From contig NW_027052824.1 of NCBI RefSeq assembly GCF_011386835.1, positions 1-64,000 on the forward strand: a stretch of DNA of 64,000 nt, written 5' to 3'. Below, in pieces: positions 1 through 10,586 of this stretch. The position numbers and the translations under genes were made by a program. The notes beneath the pieces are model-generated. The model was not told the DNA's origin, ran no database searches, and saw only the letters and a list, made by a program, of their open reading frames with translations. Within the stretch, counting starts at the first letter, position 1; each line of letters begins with the position of its first letter. The DNA is from Chrysemys picta bellii. Its lineage: Eukaryota.

Positions 1-410
1 GGACGCTAAAGCTAGACAAATTCAGGACAGAATAAGGTGGAATTTTTTGAGAGTGAGGATAGTTAACCATCGGAATCCGTAATTTGAAGTCTTGAAAAAC
101 ATGCTTGATAATGAAAGACTCAAGTCAATCCTTGTACATATAAACAAGGGAATCTCAAGTAGGAGTAAGGAGGTTATACTACCTCTTTTATTTGGCATGG
201 GTGCTATCACTACTTATAATATTGGTTCCTGTTCTGGTGTCCACAATTCAAATAGGATGTTGATACATTGGAGAAGATTCAAAGAGCCACTAGAATTTTA
301 ATCACTGGAAAATCTGCCTTATAGTGAGAGACTCCAGGAGCCCAATCTTTTTAGCTTAACAAAGAGAAAGTTAAGGGGTGATTTGATCACAGTCTGTAAG
401 TACCTACATG
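1..410 (+). mobile_element. CR1 LINE fragments (RT C-terminus and 3' region)
   Basis: Degenerate CR1 ORF2 C-terminal peptides, e.g. NKGISSRSKEVILPL (ORF 92..301) and KLDKFR-like sequence at the window start. Confidence 0.7.
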
Positions 411-759
411 CAGAGAAAGAACACATATGCACTCACACATCCCACCCTGTGGCCCCAGGCAAGGAAAGCCTAAATATCTTCTTGCTACATAGGGGACACT
501 GTGCTGTAAAAATCCTGGAGGGGAAAGAAAGGTACTGCTGCAAGAGAAAAACACAGTGAATGATGCTTATCACCTGTCCATTAATTAATGAGTTGGCCAG
601 TTCATATGGGCCGTACAGCCCTCTAGTGGCAGAAATTGGAATGACTACTGTGTGCCAAAGGCACTATACAGCGAATAGCTAATAATAACAGTGATTCTCC
701 ATTATTTACTATGGGCTAGGCACTCTCCACACCCACACAAGAAAACAATCCCCACCCTA

Positions 760-1920
760 GCTAGTGGTGTTCTGTTACTTTCTTTGTTGGGTCTGTTCTG
801 TAAAAGGTGACTTCTGGGTACCCTTCTGGCTCTGTCAATCTGTTTTTTCACTTCACCGGGTGGATACTGTAGTTTTAAGAGCACTTGATAGAGATCCTGA
901 AGGTGTTTGTCTCTGTCTTTTTCTCACTAACCGTCACCTACAGCCCTCAACTAAAACCTCTCCAGTGCATTATCAAGCATCTACAATCTATCCTGAAGGA
1001 CGATCCCTCACTCTCACAGACCTTGGGAAACAGGCCAGTCCTCGCTTACAGACAGCCCCCCAACCTGAAGCAAATACTCATCAGCAACTACACACCACAC
1101 AACAAAAACACTAACCCAGGAACCAAACCCTGTAACAAACCCCGGTGCCAACTCTGTCCATGTATCTATTCAAAGGACAGCATCATAGGACCTAATCACA
1201 TCAGCCACACCATCAGGGGCTCGTTCACCTGCACGTTTACCAATGTGATATATGCCATCATGTGCCAGCAATGCCCCTCTGCCATGGACATTGGCCAAAC
1301 CGGACAGTCTCTCCACAAAAGAAGTAATGGACACAAATCTGACATCAAAAATTATAACATTCAAAAACCAGTCGGAGAACACTTCAGTCTCCCTGGACAC
1401 TCAATAACAGACTTACAAATAGCAATTCTTCAACAACAAAAACTTCAAAAACAGACTCCAACGAGAAACTGCAAAACTGGAATTAATTTGCAAACTGGAC
1501 ACCATCAAATTAGGCCTGAATAACTACTAGGAGTGGATGCGTCACTACAAAAACTAATTCCCCCTGCTGATACTCACACCTTCTTGTCAACTGTTTGAAA
1601 CGGACCACCTTGATTACATTGACCTCATTAGTACTACAAAAGTGATTTCCACCCCTTCTTGTCAACTGTTGAGAATAGTTCACTTCCACCTTAATTGAAT
1701 TGGCTCGTTAGCACTGACCCCCCACTTGGTAAGGCAACTCCCATCTTTTCATATGCTGTGTATTTATACCTCCCTACTGTATGTTCCACTCCATGCATCT
1801 GATGAAGTGGGTTCTAGCCCACAAAAGCTTATGCCCAAATAAATTTGTTAGTCTCTAAGGTGCCACAAGGACTCCTTGTTGTTTTTGCTGATACAGACTA
1901 ACGCGGCTACCACTCTGAAA
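760..1920 (+). mobile_element. Penelope-like retroelement, 5'-truncated with an inverted 5' segment; GIY-YIG endonuclease region and 3' tail
   Basis: ORF 885..1523 contains CNKPRCQLCP, VIYAIMCQQCPSAMDIGQTGQSL and PVGEHFSLPGH (PLE GIY-YIG). Bases 760-917 encode the upstream RT-linker peptide on the minus strand. The 3' tail carries a hammerhead motif and TTAGTCTCTAAGGTGCCACAAG. Confidence 0.92.
1795..1834 (+). ncRNA. Minimal type I hammerhead ribozyme motif in PLE tail (G12>A, probably inactive)
   Basis: GCAT-CTGATGA-A-GTGGG ttctag CCCAC-AAAA-GCTT-ATGC: helix I GCAU/AUGC, CUGAUGA core, helix II GUGGG/CCCAC. GAAA is mutated to AAAA. Confidence 0.8.
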
Positions 1921-2211
1921 TCTTATCCTTGTGTTGCTCTTCTGGATGGAGATGGAAAACATGCACCAGGTCTCAGCTTGCCCCTTTCCCAGAAGCCAGT
2001 GATTGATTGTTCCTCCAGTGAGTTGCCTACCCTAATTTTAAGTATTTGTGGCAATGGGGATTTCCTTGGGAGATGATTTCTCAGGCTGCCCCAACTCACT
2101 GCCAGATTATTTCTCATGATATTCGGCATAATTTCCCACATCCCTGATGTGGGCTGTGTGCAGGTTGATGTGCCCAGATGCAGGGAACTGGAACTCATCC
2201 CCAGCCTCCTG

Positions 2212-3214
2212 ATGACCTGCAATGACATGGACCTAGAACAGGTCATCTTCATCCTAGTTGGCATCCTTGGGCTGGAGACCTTTCCCTGCTGGATTGCCAT
2301 CCGGCTCTGCTCCATGTGGGTCCTGGTCCTACTAGGGAACTGCACAATGCTGCTCATTATCAAGACAGAGGTGAGCCTCCGCACGCCCATGTACTTTTCC
2401 TCTCTATGCTGGCCATCAATGACCCAGTGATCACCACCTCCCCCCTGCCCAAAATGCTCAGCACCCTCAGGCTGGGCTCCCAGGAGATCAGCTTCAACAC
2501 TTTCCTACAGCAGATGTATTTCACCCACACCTTCCCCATCATCAAGTCTGGCACCCTCTTGGCCACAGCCTGTGACTGATATGTTGCCATCTGCTGCCTG
2601 CTCCAGTACGCCACCACCCTCAGCAACCCAGCTGTTGTCAAGATGGGGTTGGTAGCAGCAACAGCAGGGGGAGTGATCCTGGTGATTCCCTGCCCTGTCC
2701 TCACCTTGAGGCTGCCCTACTACTTCCGGCAGGTCATCCCACACACCCACTGCGAGCCCACAGCCGGGGTGAAGCTGGCATGTGCAGACCCCAGAGTGGG
2801 CCGGGTCTACAGTATCTCCGTGGCGCTGCTGGTGGTGGGGCTGGACATGATACTTGTTGCCGCCTCCTACTCCATCATCCTAAGGGCTGTCTTCACGCTC
2901 TCGTCGAGTGAGGCGAACAGTAAGGCCCTGGCAACCTGCACAGCCCACCTCTGCACCCTCCTGGTTTTATGTACATCTGCCCTCTTCACCTTCCTGACCC
3001 ACCGCAACAACAGAAACGTGCCCCCTTATAGCCACATAGGCCGGCCTCTACCTCCTGGTGCTGCCCCGGGTAAATCACATAGGTATAGGCCGGCCTCTAC
3101 CTCCTGGTGCTGCCCCTGGTAAATCCGCTGGTGTATGGCGTGAAGACCGAGAAGATCCGTGACAAGGTGAGCAGCATTGTCAACCATGGCAAGAAGATAG
3201 CTTCAAAGCCTTAA
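2212..3214 (+). pseudogene. Class I olfactory receptor pseudogene (family 52-like)
   Basis: OR motifs are spread over several frames: IFILVGILGLE, SLRTPMYF, LLATACD*YVAIC, HTHCEP, KLACAD, KALATCTAHL and NPLVYGVKTEKIR. Lesions are a frameshift after PMYF, a TGA at the DRY arginine (2577-2579) and a duplication in TM7. Confidence 0.95.
3036..3125 (+). repeat. 41-bp direct duplication inside TM7 of the OR pseudogene
   Basis: ATAGGCCGGCCTCTACCTCCTGGTGCTGCCCC(G/T)GGTAAATC at 3036-3076 and 3085-3125, with one mismatch and an 8-bp spacer. Confidence 0.95.
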
Positions 3215-4062
3215 AGCCTGGACTGTTACCACTGTGTCTCCAATACTGCCCCACTTGCATGTCTGTGTGTTCAATAGAGAACTTTTATTTAAAGGGAAAG
3301 GGAACCAAGGATGAGTTTGGGAAAACACCACACCCACGTTCAAAACATGCAGTCATAAGGAAACCCGACCCCACTGTCCCCACACAGGATCTAAGGCTTA
3401 GCCCCTAGACCTGCTCAGCCGTGAGGACAGCTCTCAGAATCCCCAACCACAAACAAGGGCTCACAACTGAGTCTAATCAGCTCTGTCATTAAACGCTGGT
3501 CAAATGGCTGGTTGGTTGGTTCCCTGGGATTTGGCATCCCTACCCCTTGCTTAGCAGGGTTGGTTTGGTTGAGGGTGACCCCCTCAATCAGGACAGGCTA
3601 AGCACAGGTCTGCTTCCCGTCACTCACACCATAAGGATAACGTTTCATTACCCTGCATTCAAACGCTAGTGTGATTTTTAAACCCAAGCCAGCGGATCAT
3701 TTTAGCAAGGCAGCTCCATCTGCGGCGCACTAGGCAAACACGGGCTGCTCCTGAAGCCTTTCCCCCAGCTCGTCACTAGGTGTCGGGGAGAGCTCATTCA
3801 GACCCCGTCTTTCAGAAAGACGTCAAATCTTCTTTTAAATTCTCCAAGTGCTGGCGGGTTCACCACCTCCCCAGGAAGCTGCTCCAATGTCTCAGTTACT
3901 CAGGAAACTGCATCTTATTACAAGGCTGAATTTCTCTAGCTTCAATTTCCAACCATTGGCTCTGCTAAAGAGCCTCTCGAGGGGCCGCAGGGGCCGGTGG
4001 CAGGGCTTTGGGGTTCATTTGCACCAACGAAGCAGCTCATTAGCAGCCCTCTGCGACTCAGC

Positions 4063-4590
4063 CATAGGAACATAAGAATGGCCCTACTGGGTCAGACCAA
4101 AGGCCCATCTAGCCCAGGACCCTGTCTTCCAACAGTGGCCAATGGCAGGCGCCCCAGAGGGAATGAACAGAACAGGTCATCACCAAGTGATCCATCCCCT
4201 GTTGCTCATTCCCAGCTTCTGGCAAACAGAGGCTAGGGACACCATCCCTGACCATCCTGCTAATAGCCATTGATGGACCTATCCTCCATGAATTTATCTA
4301 GTGCTTTTTTGAACCCTGTTATAGTCTTGGCCTTCACAACATCCTCTGGCAAGGAGTTCCACAGGTTGACTGAATGTTGTGTGAAGAAATACTTCCTTTT
4401 ATTTGTTTTAAACCTGCTGCCTATTAATTTAATTTGGTGACTCCTAGTTCTTGTGTTATGAGAAGTAGTAAACAACTTTTCCTATCTACTTTCTCTACAC
4501 CAGTCATGATGTTATAGACCTCAATCATATCTCTCCTTAGCCGTCTCTTTTCCAAGCTGAAAAGTCCCAGTCTTATTAATCTCTCCTCAT
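4063..4590 (-). mobile_element. CR1 LINE 3' end
   Basis: Minus-strand peptides ERLIRLGLFSLEKRRLRRDMIEVY and [14 protein letters not shown], ending in a TTCTTATG-type tail. Confidence 0.92.
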
Positions 4591-5792
4591 GCGCCATGGC
4601 CGCTTTCATGACAGTGCTGCCCAAACCGGTTGCTAAGATAGACACTGACCCAGGAGAGCACATGTATGGCCCCATTGCTGTCATATCTGAGCTCTGCAAC
4701 ATACTTGTCCTCAAAACCTCTGTGAGGCAGGGCAGGGCTATTATCCCAGTTGGGGAACTGAGACACACAGAGGCTAACTAAGGGACTGGCCCAAGATCCC
4801 ACAAGAAGCCTGTGGCAGAGTGGAGAACAAAGGCCTAGGCAAGTGCCCTAACCACTGGCCTCTTCCCCTCTATGAGTGCATTCTGCAGCTCCTCTCTACA
4901 CACAACAGGATTAAGCACGTCATTAAGCCCCACTGATTTTAGTGCAATTCGGGCATGTGCATCAAGTTAAACATACTTAAGTGTTCCCCCAAATAGGGAC
5001 GCTTTCCTGAACTGGGTTTCTGACTGACCTGACAGGACTATTACCCTCTCCTCCTTCAGACCACTCCTCAAGCAACCATGATGACTGTGAGCAACTCGCC
5101 AACTAGGTAAGGCTAAATGTGGAGCACCTGAGGGTAGTTGATGTACATTTAGAGGTATAGTTACATCCGTATGGAGTCCCATTGGGAGTAGCCAAGGGAG
5201 TCTTAGCTCCTTCGAAGTCAATGGGAGTCCTGTCATTGACTCACTGACTTCAATGGGGTCGGGGCTCCACCTTATACGCACGGGAGGACCTGGTTGCAGG
5301 ACGGGCCCCTAATTTTGCCTTGTGATGGGTTCTTTGCAGTGCCATGCTGTTCGAGCTTTGTTTGGCAAAGCTAGTCGCCCACACCGTTAAAAGGCAGATT
5401 CAGAGCCTTTGTGACCATATTCGTTTCATGCCACTTCTTGGAACACTTGTGGGAGGAGCATGTATTAATGTATTGTTAAAGGGAGTGCTTCTCCCAAAGA
5501 GCCCAAGGCATCATCTCAAACTGGGCATCGCTGGACCATGAAAAGGAAGCGTAAAGCAAATAAAAGAACAGAAGAGAAGGTGTTGTGGGGTTGTTTTTTC
5601 TTCTTAGAAATTGTGCATGAGAAATGTTATCAGGAAACCTGCAAGACAAAGAAACTGTTCGGAGTTTCTTTTGCCTGCGTATAATACGTAGATCCCATCA
5701 GCTAGTTCTTTCAGCCGACAAACCACAGGTTGTACTGTGTGTAAATGGTAAGGTTCAAGGGATTAGTCAAGCCAAATAAGTATCATTTGGAA

Positions 5793-6118
5793 TATAGGGG
5801 CTGACTTTTTGGTTCCCGGTGCGTGATCAACCCCTGCTCGATCCCGGACCCCACCCTCTCTCCACCCCTTCCCCCAAGCCTCTGCTTCGCCTCTTCCCAC
5901 CCCCATTCCTCCCCCTCGCCTGCCTCTTCCTGCCCCTGCTCCTCCCCTTCCTCCCAGCACCTCCTGCACGCCGCAGAACAGCTGATTGTGGTGGGTGGGA
6001 AGTGTTGTGAGGGAGGGGGAGGTGCTGATCAGGGCAGCTGCCGGTGTGTGCTCAGCTCTCACCTTTTTTTCCCTACGGGTGCTCCAGCCCCAGAGCACCC
6101 ACGGAATCAGTGCATGTG
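5793..6118. mobile_element. GC-rich non-autonomous DNA transposon (MITE), degenerate TIRs
   Basis: Ends TATAGGGGCTGACT and AATCAGTGCATGTG are degenerate inverted repeats around a C-rich low-complexity core. Confidence 0.5.
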
Positions 6119-7299
6119 ATTTGGAAATGGAAATCCAGCCTAAGTGAATCCAAAAGAAAGGGGCATAAATTAAAACAGGCCAGCGTCTGTGCGTTGCTTC
6201 CTCTTCGAAGGCTATAAACAGGGACAATTGCCAGCAGTTACAAGTTACCAAATGGCCCTTTGTGAGCAAGCACATTTATTTTAAGGTGAAAGCATCACAG
6301 AGAAAACATTAAAAACCCAGGGATGCTAATAAGCATATCAAAGATCATATCCCCCAGCCCCCAAGCCTTTGATCACACTTCAAAGCCCACAAAGGGGTTA
6401 CCAGTTAACAGCCTTAGCTCAGAACTCGCACCCCATGAATACCTCAATCTTTCCCTTATACAGCTTGGGCCTTTGTCCTTGAGCCTCAGGGATCAGGCAA
6501 TCAGCACACAATGGACCCCTCCTCAGGGCATAGCTTCAAAACGCTGGGTTTTCGCATAATCAGGAAAGGGAAATTTGCATTCACTTCCTGGTAGAGATCC
6601 CCAGAAAACCACTCAGCCCTGTTTGCCCCCAAAACCCAATTCTTATCTGAGCCATTGTTTAATATACTCCTTTGAAGTCATAGCGCTTTCCAGGGTCCAC
6701 CTCCCATCTCCCCCCAGAGAGGTTACATGCAATCGCACTCCACAATCACACAGAAACTTTGCCTCTAATATGACGGACTCCAAAGCTACCTAAATGGTTT
6801 ATTCCAAGGATATTGCAGGAAATTGTCATCTCTGTCACTGGGTGGGGATAGCCAGTGAAGGGCCGAGGAAGTGAAGACAAGTAGTTTGTGTTTGACGCCA
6901 TAGCGAAGTGGGAGCTGGTGAACAGATGCAGAGACGGGCAACATGGTAAGGGCAACAGGCTAGGGGAAAGATCTTTGCAGCAGCATTCTGAATGGAGCTG
7001 AGTGGGGGTCAGACTGCATTTGTTAAGGCCAAAGACTGACACCAGGGAAAAGGAGGCTGGAAATCAGGGTGGCTAAGGGCACTAGACCTGGGTTCTATTC
7101 CTCACTATGGTACTGAACAGCTGCAGGACATCGGGCACGTCACTTCCCCTCCCACGCTTTGTCTTGTCTTCTTCTGGGCAGGGACTGTCTTTAACTAGAT
7201 GTTTGGACAGCCCCCAGAACAAGGGGGCCCCTTTTTTTATTTGGGGCCTCTGGATGCTTCTGTACAATCCACATAAGCAAACGAGGGATATGTGTTCTA

Positions 7300-8374
7300 G
7301 ATGAAATTACTCTAAGGTGGGTGCCCAACTGGTGGAAATACTGCATTCAAAGACCATGGTTCACTGTCAAACCGGGATGACATATCTACTAGGGTCCTGC
7401 AGGGATCTGTCTTGGGTCCAATACTAATCAACATTTTCATCAATAACTTGGATAATGGAGTGGAGAGTGTGCTTCTGGAATTTATGGACAACACTAACCT
7501 GGGAGGGGTGGCAAGCACTTTGGAGGACAGGATTAGAATTCAAAATGACCTTGACACTTTACAGAATTGGTCTGAAATCAACCAGATGAAATTCAATAAA
7601 GAGAAGCGCAAAATACTACACTTAGGACGGAAAAAACGTTAAATGCACAACTACACAATGGAGAATAACTGGCTAAGCCGTCGTACTGCAGAAAATGGTC
7701 AGGAGGCTATAATGGGTCACAAATTAAATAGGGGTTAATAATGTGGCGCAGTTGCAAAAAAGGCTAGTATCATTCTGCGGGGTATTAACAGGAGTGTCGT
7801 ACGTAAGCCACAGGAGGTAATTGTCCCACTCTATTCAGCACTGGTGAGTCCTCAGCCAGAGTATTGCACCCATTTTTGGGAGCCACGCTTTACGAAAGAT
7901 TTGGACAAATTGGACAGATTCCAGAGGAGAGCAACAAAAATGATAAAAGTTTTTAAAAACCTGACCTGTGAAGACAGATTAAAAAAACAACAACGAGCAT
8001 ATAGAGTCTTGAGAAAAGAAGACTGAGATAGGACCAGGTAACCGTATCCAAGTATGTGAAGGGCTGTTATAAAGAGGACTTTGATCAATTGTTCTCCATG
8101 TCCACTGAAGGTGGGAAAATTAGTAATGGGCTTAATCTGCAGCAAAGGAGATTTAGATATTAGGAAAATCTGGTAACTCTAAGGGCAGTTAAACTCTGCA
8201 ATAGGCTTCAAAGGGAGATTGTAGAATCCCTATGACTGGAGGTTTTTAAGAACCGGTTAGACAAACCCCTGTCAGGGATGATCTAGGTTTTCTTGGCCTC
8301 AGCACAGGGGGCTGAACTAGATGACCTCTTGAGGTCCTTTTCATCCCTTCATTTTTATGATTCTGTGATTCTAC
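7300..8374 (+). mobile_element. CR1 LINE, 5'-truncated (RT domain to 3' tail)
   Basis: QGSVLGPILINIFINNLD and FMDN (FADD-equivalent) RT motifs, with a 3' tail ATTTTTATGATTCTGTGATTCTA. Confidence 0.92.
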
Positions 8375-9224
8375 ATCTAGAATCCTGTGCTGCTAAACAT
8401 TTACACAGCTGTTAGAAGCATTTTACTGCTGATCTGAGCTAGGAATAAACTGCAAAGAATTCAAGGCTCTGTGAACAGCTTGATTCTTTGGGCAAAACTA
8501 ATTTTGCAAATTTGTTTCCTGAAAATTTAAACTCACCATCTTCTGATTCAATTTGAGAAAGTAAGAAGTAGGACATTCGAGCTTACGGCAACCAGGTCTC
8601 TTTTACCGGGTTTTAGATGCCTAACATTAGGAATCCAGATTTGGGCTTCTTTCCTTTTTCATCAGAATTGCTCTCTGCTCCTTTCGCACAACCTCTCCGT
8701 ATTTGTTTCTTGCATGGCCCAGCCCTCGGTGCTCCGTTTCCCACCCTGGGTCTCTGTTGGATTGTTTCTCTCATCTCTGCGCTCACAGCAGTGTCTCCAA
8801 AGCAGAAAGAGTCCTAACAACATTCTCTTTCAAGCTGAACCTGCAGACCACCATGTCCATGGTAACAAAATCACATGCGGCAGATAACAGACACAATCAC
8901 ACCTACACACTTGGGGAGCTGAGACTGGAAGCAAGCACCCTTTGGCTCCAAATCACAGACCTCTAGTACATGAGGTGAAAAAATAACAACATCCCCGGCA
9001 AGCCATGATAACGTTAGGTCCAATAGCCTCTCTGTGGGCCCAGCTGGAGGAAGGCAATGTCACCTGCTCACTTTCAACTTGTACATTACATCATGCCTGA
9101 TGTGAAGCACAGCACGATGTAATGCTTTGGGATGACTCCGGGGCCTGCTCCTCATGTTCCATGTTCTAATCCAAGGAGATATCTAGCAGCCAGGCGGGTC
9201 GTGAAAAGGGAGTTCAGGCTCAAA

Positions 9225-9450
9225 CAGTTAATTTGCAGCTACACTTCACCACCTGAGTCAGGGTTAAAGTCATATTGACCCTGGGGCTCCCTACTGGCTT
9301 TGAGCCACCTGCTGGGATCCCCAGGGCGGGAGTATAAATATCCCTGTGTCTCAGCCCTGGTCAGTGCAGACTCCTCACCACCTGCGGCTCCCCGCACAGA
9401 TCGCAGGCAGAGATTCCTCATTCCTGGCTGGGGCAGGAGCCTGGTGAGTC
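9225..9450 (+). promoter_or_regulatory. Candidate OR promoter and first non-coding exon
   Basis: TAATTT at about 9229, O/E-like ACCCTGGGGC and TCCCCAGGGC (9318-9327), TATAAATA at 9333-9340 and donor CTG|GTGAGT (GT at 9444). The region does not look like a repeat. Motif-based only. Confidence 0.45.
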
Positions 9451-9871
9451 GATTGCATGAAACGCTTGGGTTCAGGGCAGCTCTCCGGCATTCAGCAGGG
9501 TTTGGGGGGATGCGGATAGTGATTAGAGAGGCAGGGATCTACAGAGGGGAGGGAAATGCCTTCGGGAGACGTCTAGGCCCAAAGCTGGGGGCATGTCACT
9601 TGCCCACCCAGGATACATAATGTAGTGTCAGTGCCTGGCACACACAGCCGTTTTCTGACCTGCTCATTATCATTTAACATTTATATTAACAAAGGTGCCG
9701 GCTGGGCTTAGTGCCCCTTGTGCCATGTGCTGCGCAAACACATGCGAGAGAGAACGCAGTCCCTGCTCGGAGGAGCTTCCAGGCTGATTAATAACGTTGC
9801 CTCTTTTTGACTCAAACGGCCAGTCACATTTTGGGACCACTGGAAGTTCCAGTTCAAAGTAGAAGCTAAAT

Positions 9872-10578
9872 CAGTGGTTCTCAAACTCGTTTGATCGGGC
9901 TCCCCTTCTTTGTGTCTGTAGTCCTTCATGCCCATCCCCCAAGTACATATTCTCCTACCCAGCTGTGAAGGCAGAGTGGAGAGCAGTGACTGCTGGCTGG
10001 GCACCCGGCTGTGAAGGTGTAACCCACACACCTCCTGGGTGTGGTGCTCTGTCCCATCTAGTGGCACTGAGGCCACTTAGAGAGCGGAGAGTAGGAGCCA
10101 GACTTAGACAGAGCGATTAACGACTTTGCTCTACAGTGTTAGCTAATAGCCAGCTGGCTTTTAGCTCATGCGGTAGTGGCTCATGCACTAAGCTCCAGAG
10201 GTCGCCGGTTCGATCCTGCCCGCCGACGACCAGGGTCCAGCTGCGTTACAAAGGCGGTGCTGCACCACTTAGTAAGGGTGGCAATGTGAAATTTTTCACA
10301 GCAGACTTAGCACTCCATTGCCACCCTTACTTCTGCACTCCTGCAGCCCCCCGGGGGCTGACAACCAGAGCTCCACCACCTGGGGGGTGAGTGACTGGGG
10401 GGGAGAAGAGCCAGAACCCGGGTAGTGGGGCTCTGTTTGTCCCCTTCATCCCCACCTCCTGGTTGTGCATGAGCCCCAGCCACCCAGGGCTGAAAGCCAG
10501 AGCTATAAAAACAACCCACAGAGCTTGCTCCTCCCTTGACACGTTCCCGCAGCCTGCTCCATAGTTTGAGAACCACTG
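9872..10578. mobile_element. hAT-type non-autonomous element
   Basis: Perfect 16-bp TIR CAGTGGTTCTCAAACT / AGTTTGAGAACCACTG and 8-bp TSD AGCTAAAT / AGCTAACT. Confidence 0.92.
10018..10250 (+). mobile_element. 233-bp TG...CA-bounded (solo-LTR-like) element carrying tRNA-type A and B boxes
   Basis: Termini TGTAAC / GTTACA, 4-bp TSD AAGG, A box TAGCTCATGCGG (10162-10173) and B box GGTTCGATCC (10207-10216). Confidence 0.8.
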
Positions 10579-10586
10579 AGCTAACT

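Noticed and set aside
579-592. Perfect palindrome CATTAATTAATG as a homeodomain enhancer (J- or H-element-like)
   Set aside because: It is a single short motif without a convincing adjacent O/E site, and I did not recognise the AAACTTTTC-type class I enhancer motif nearby.
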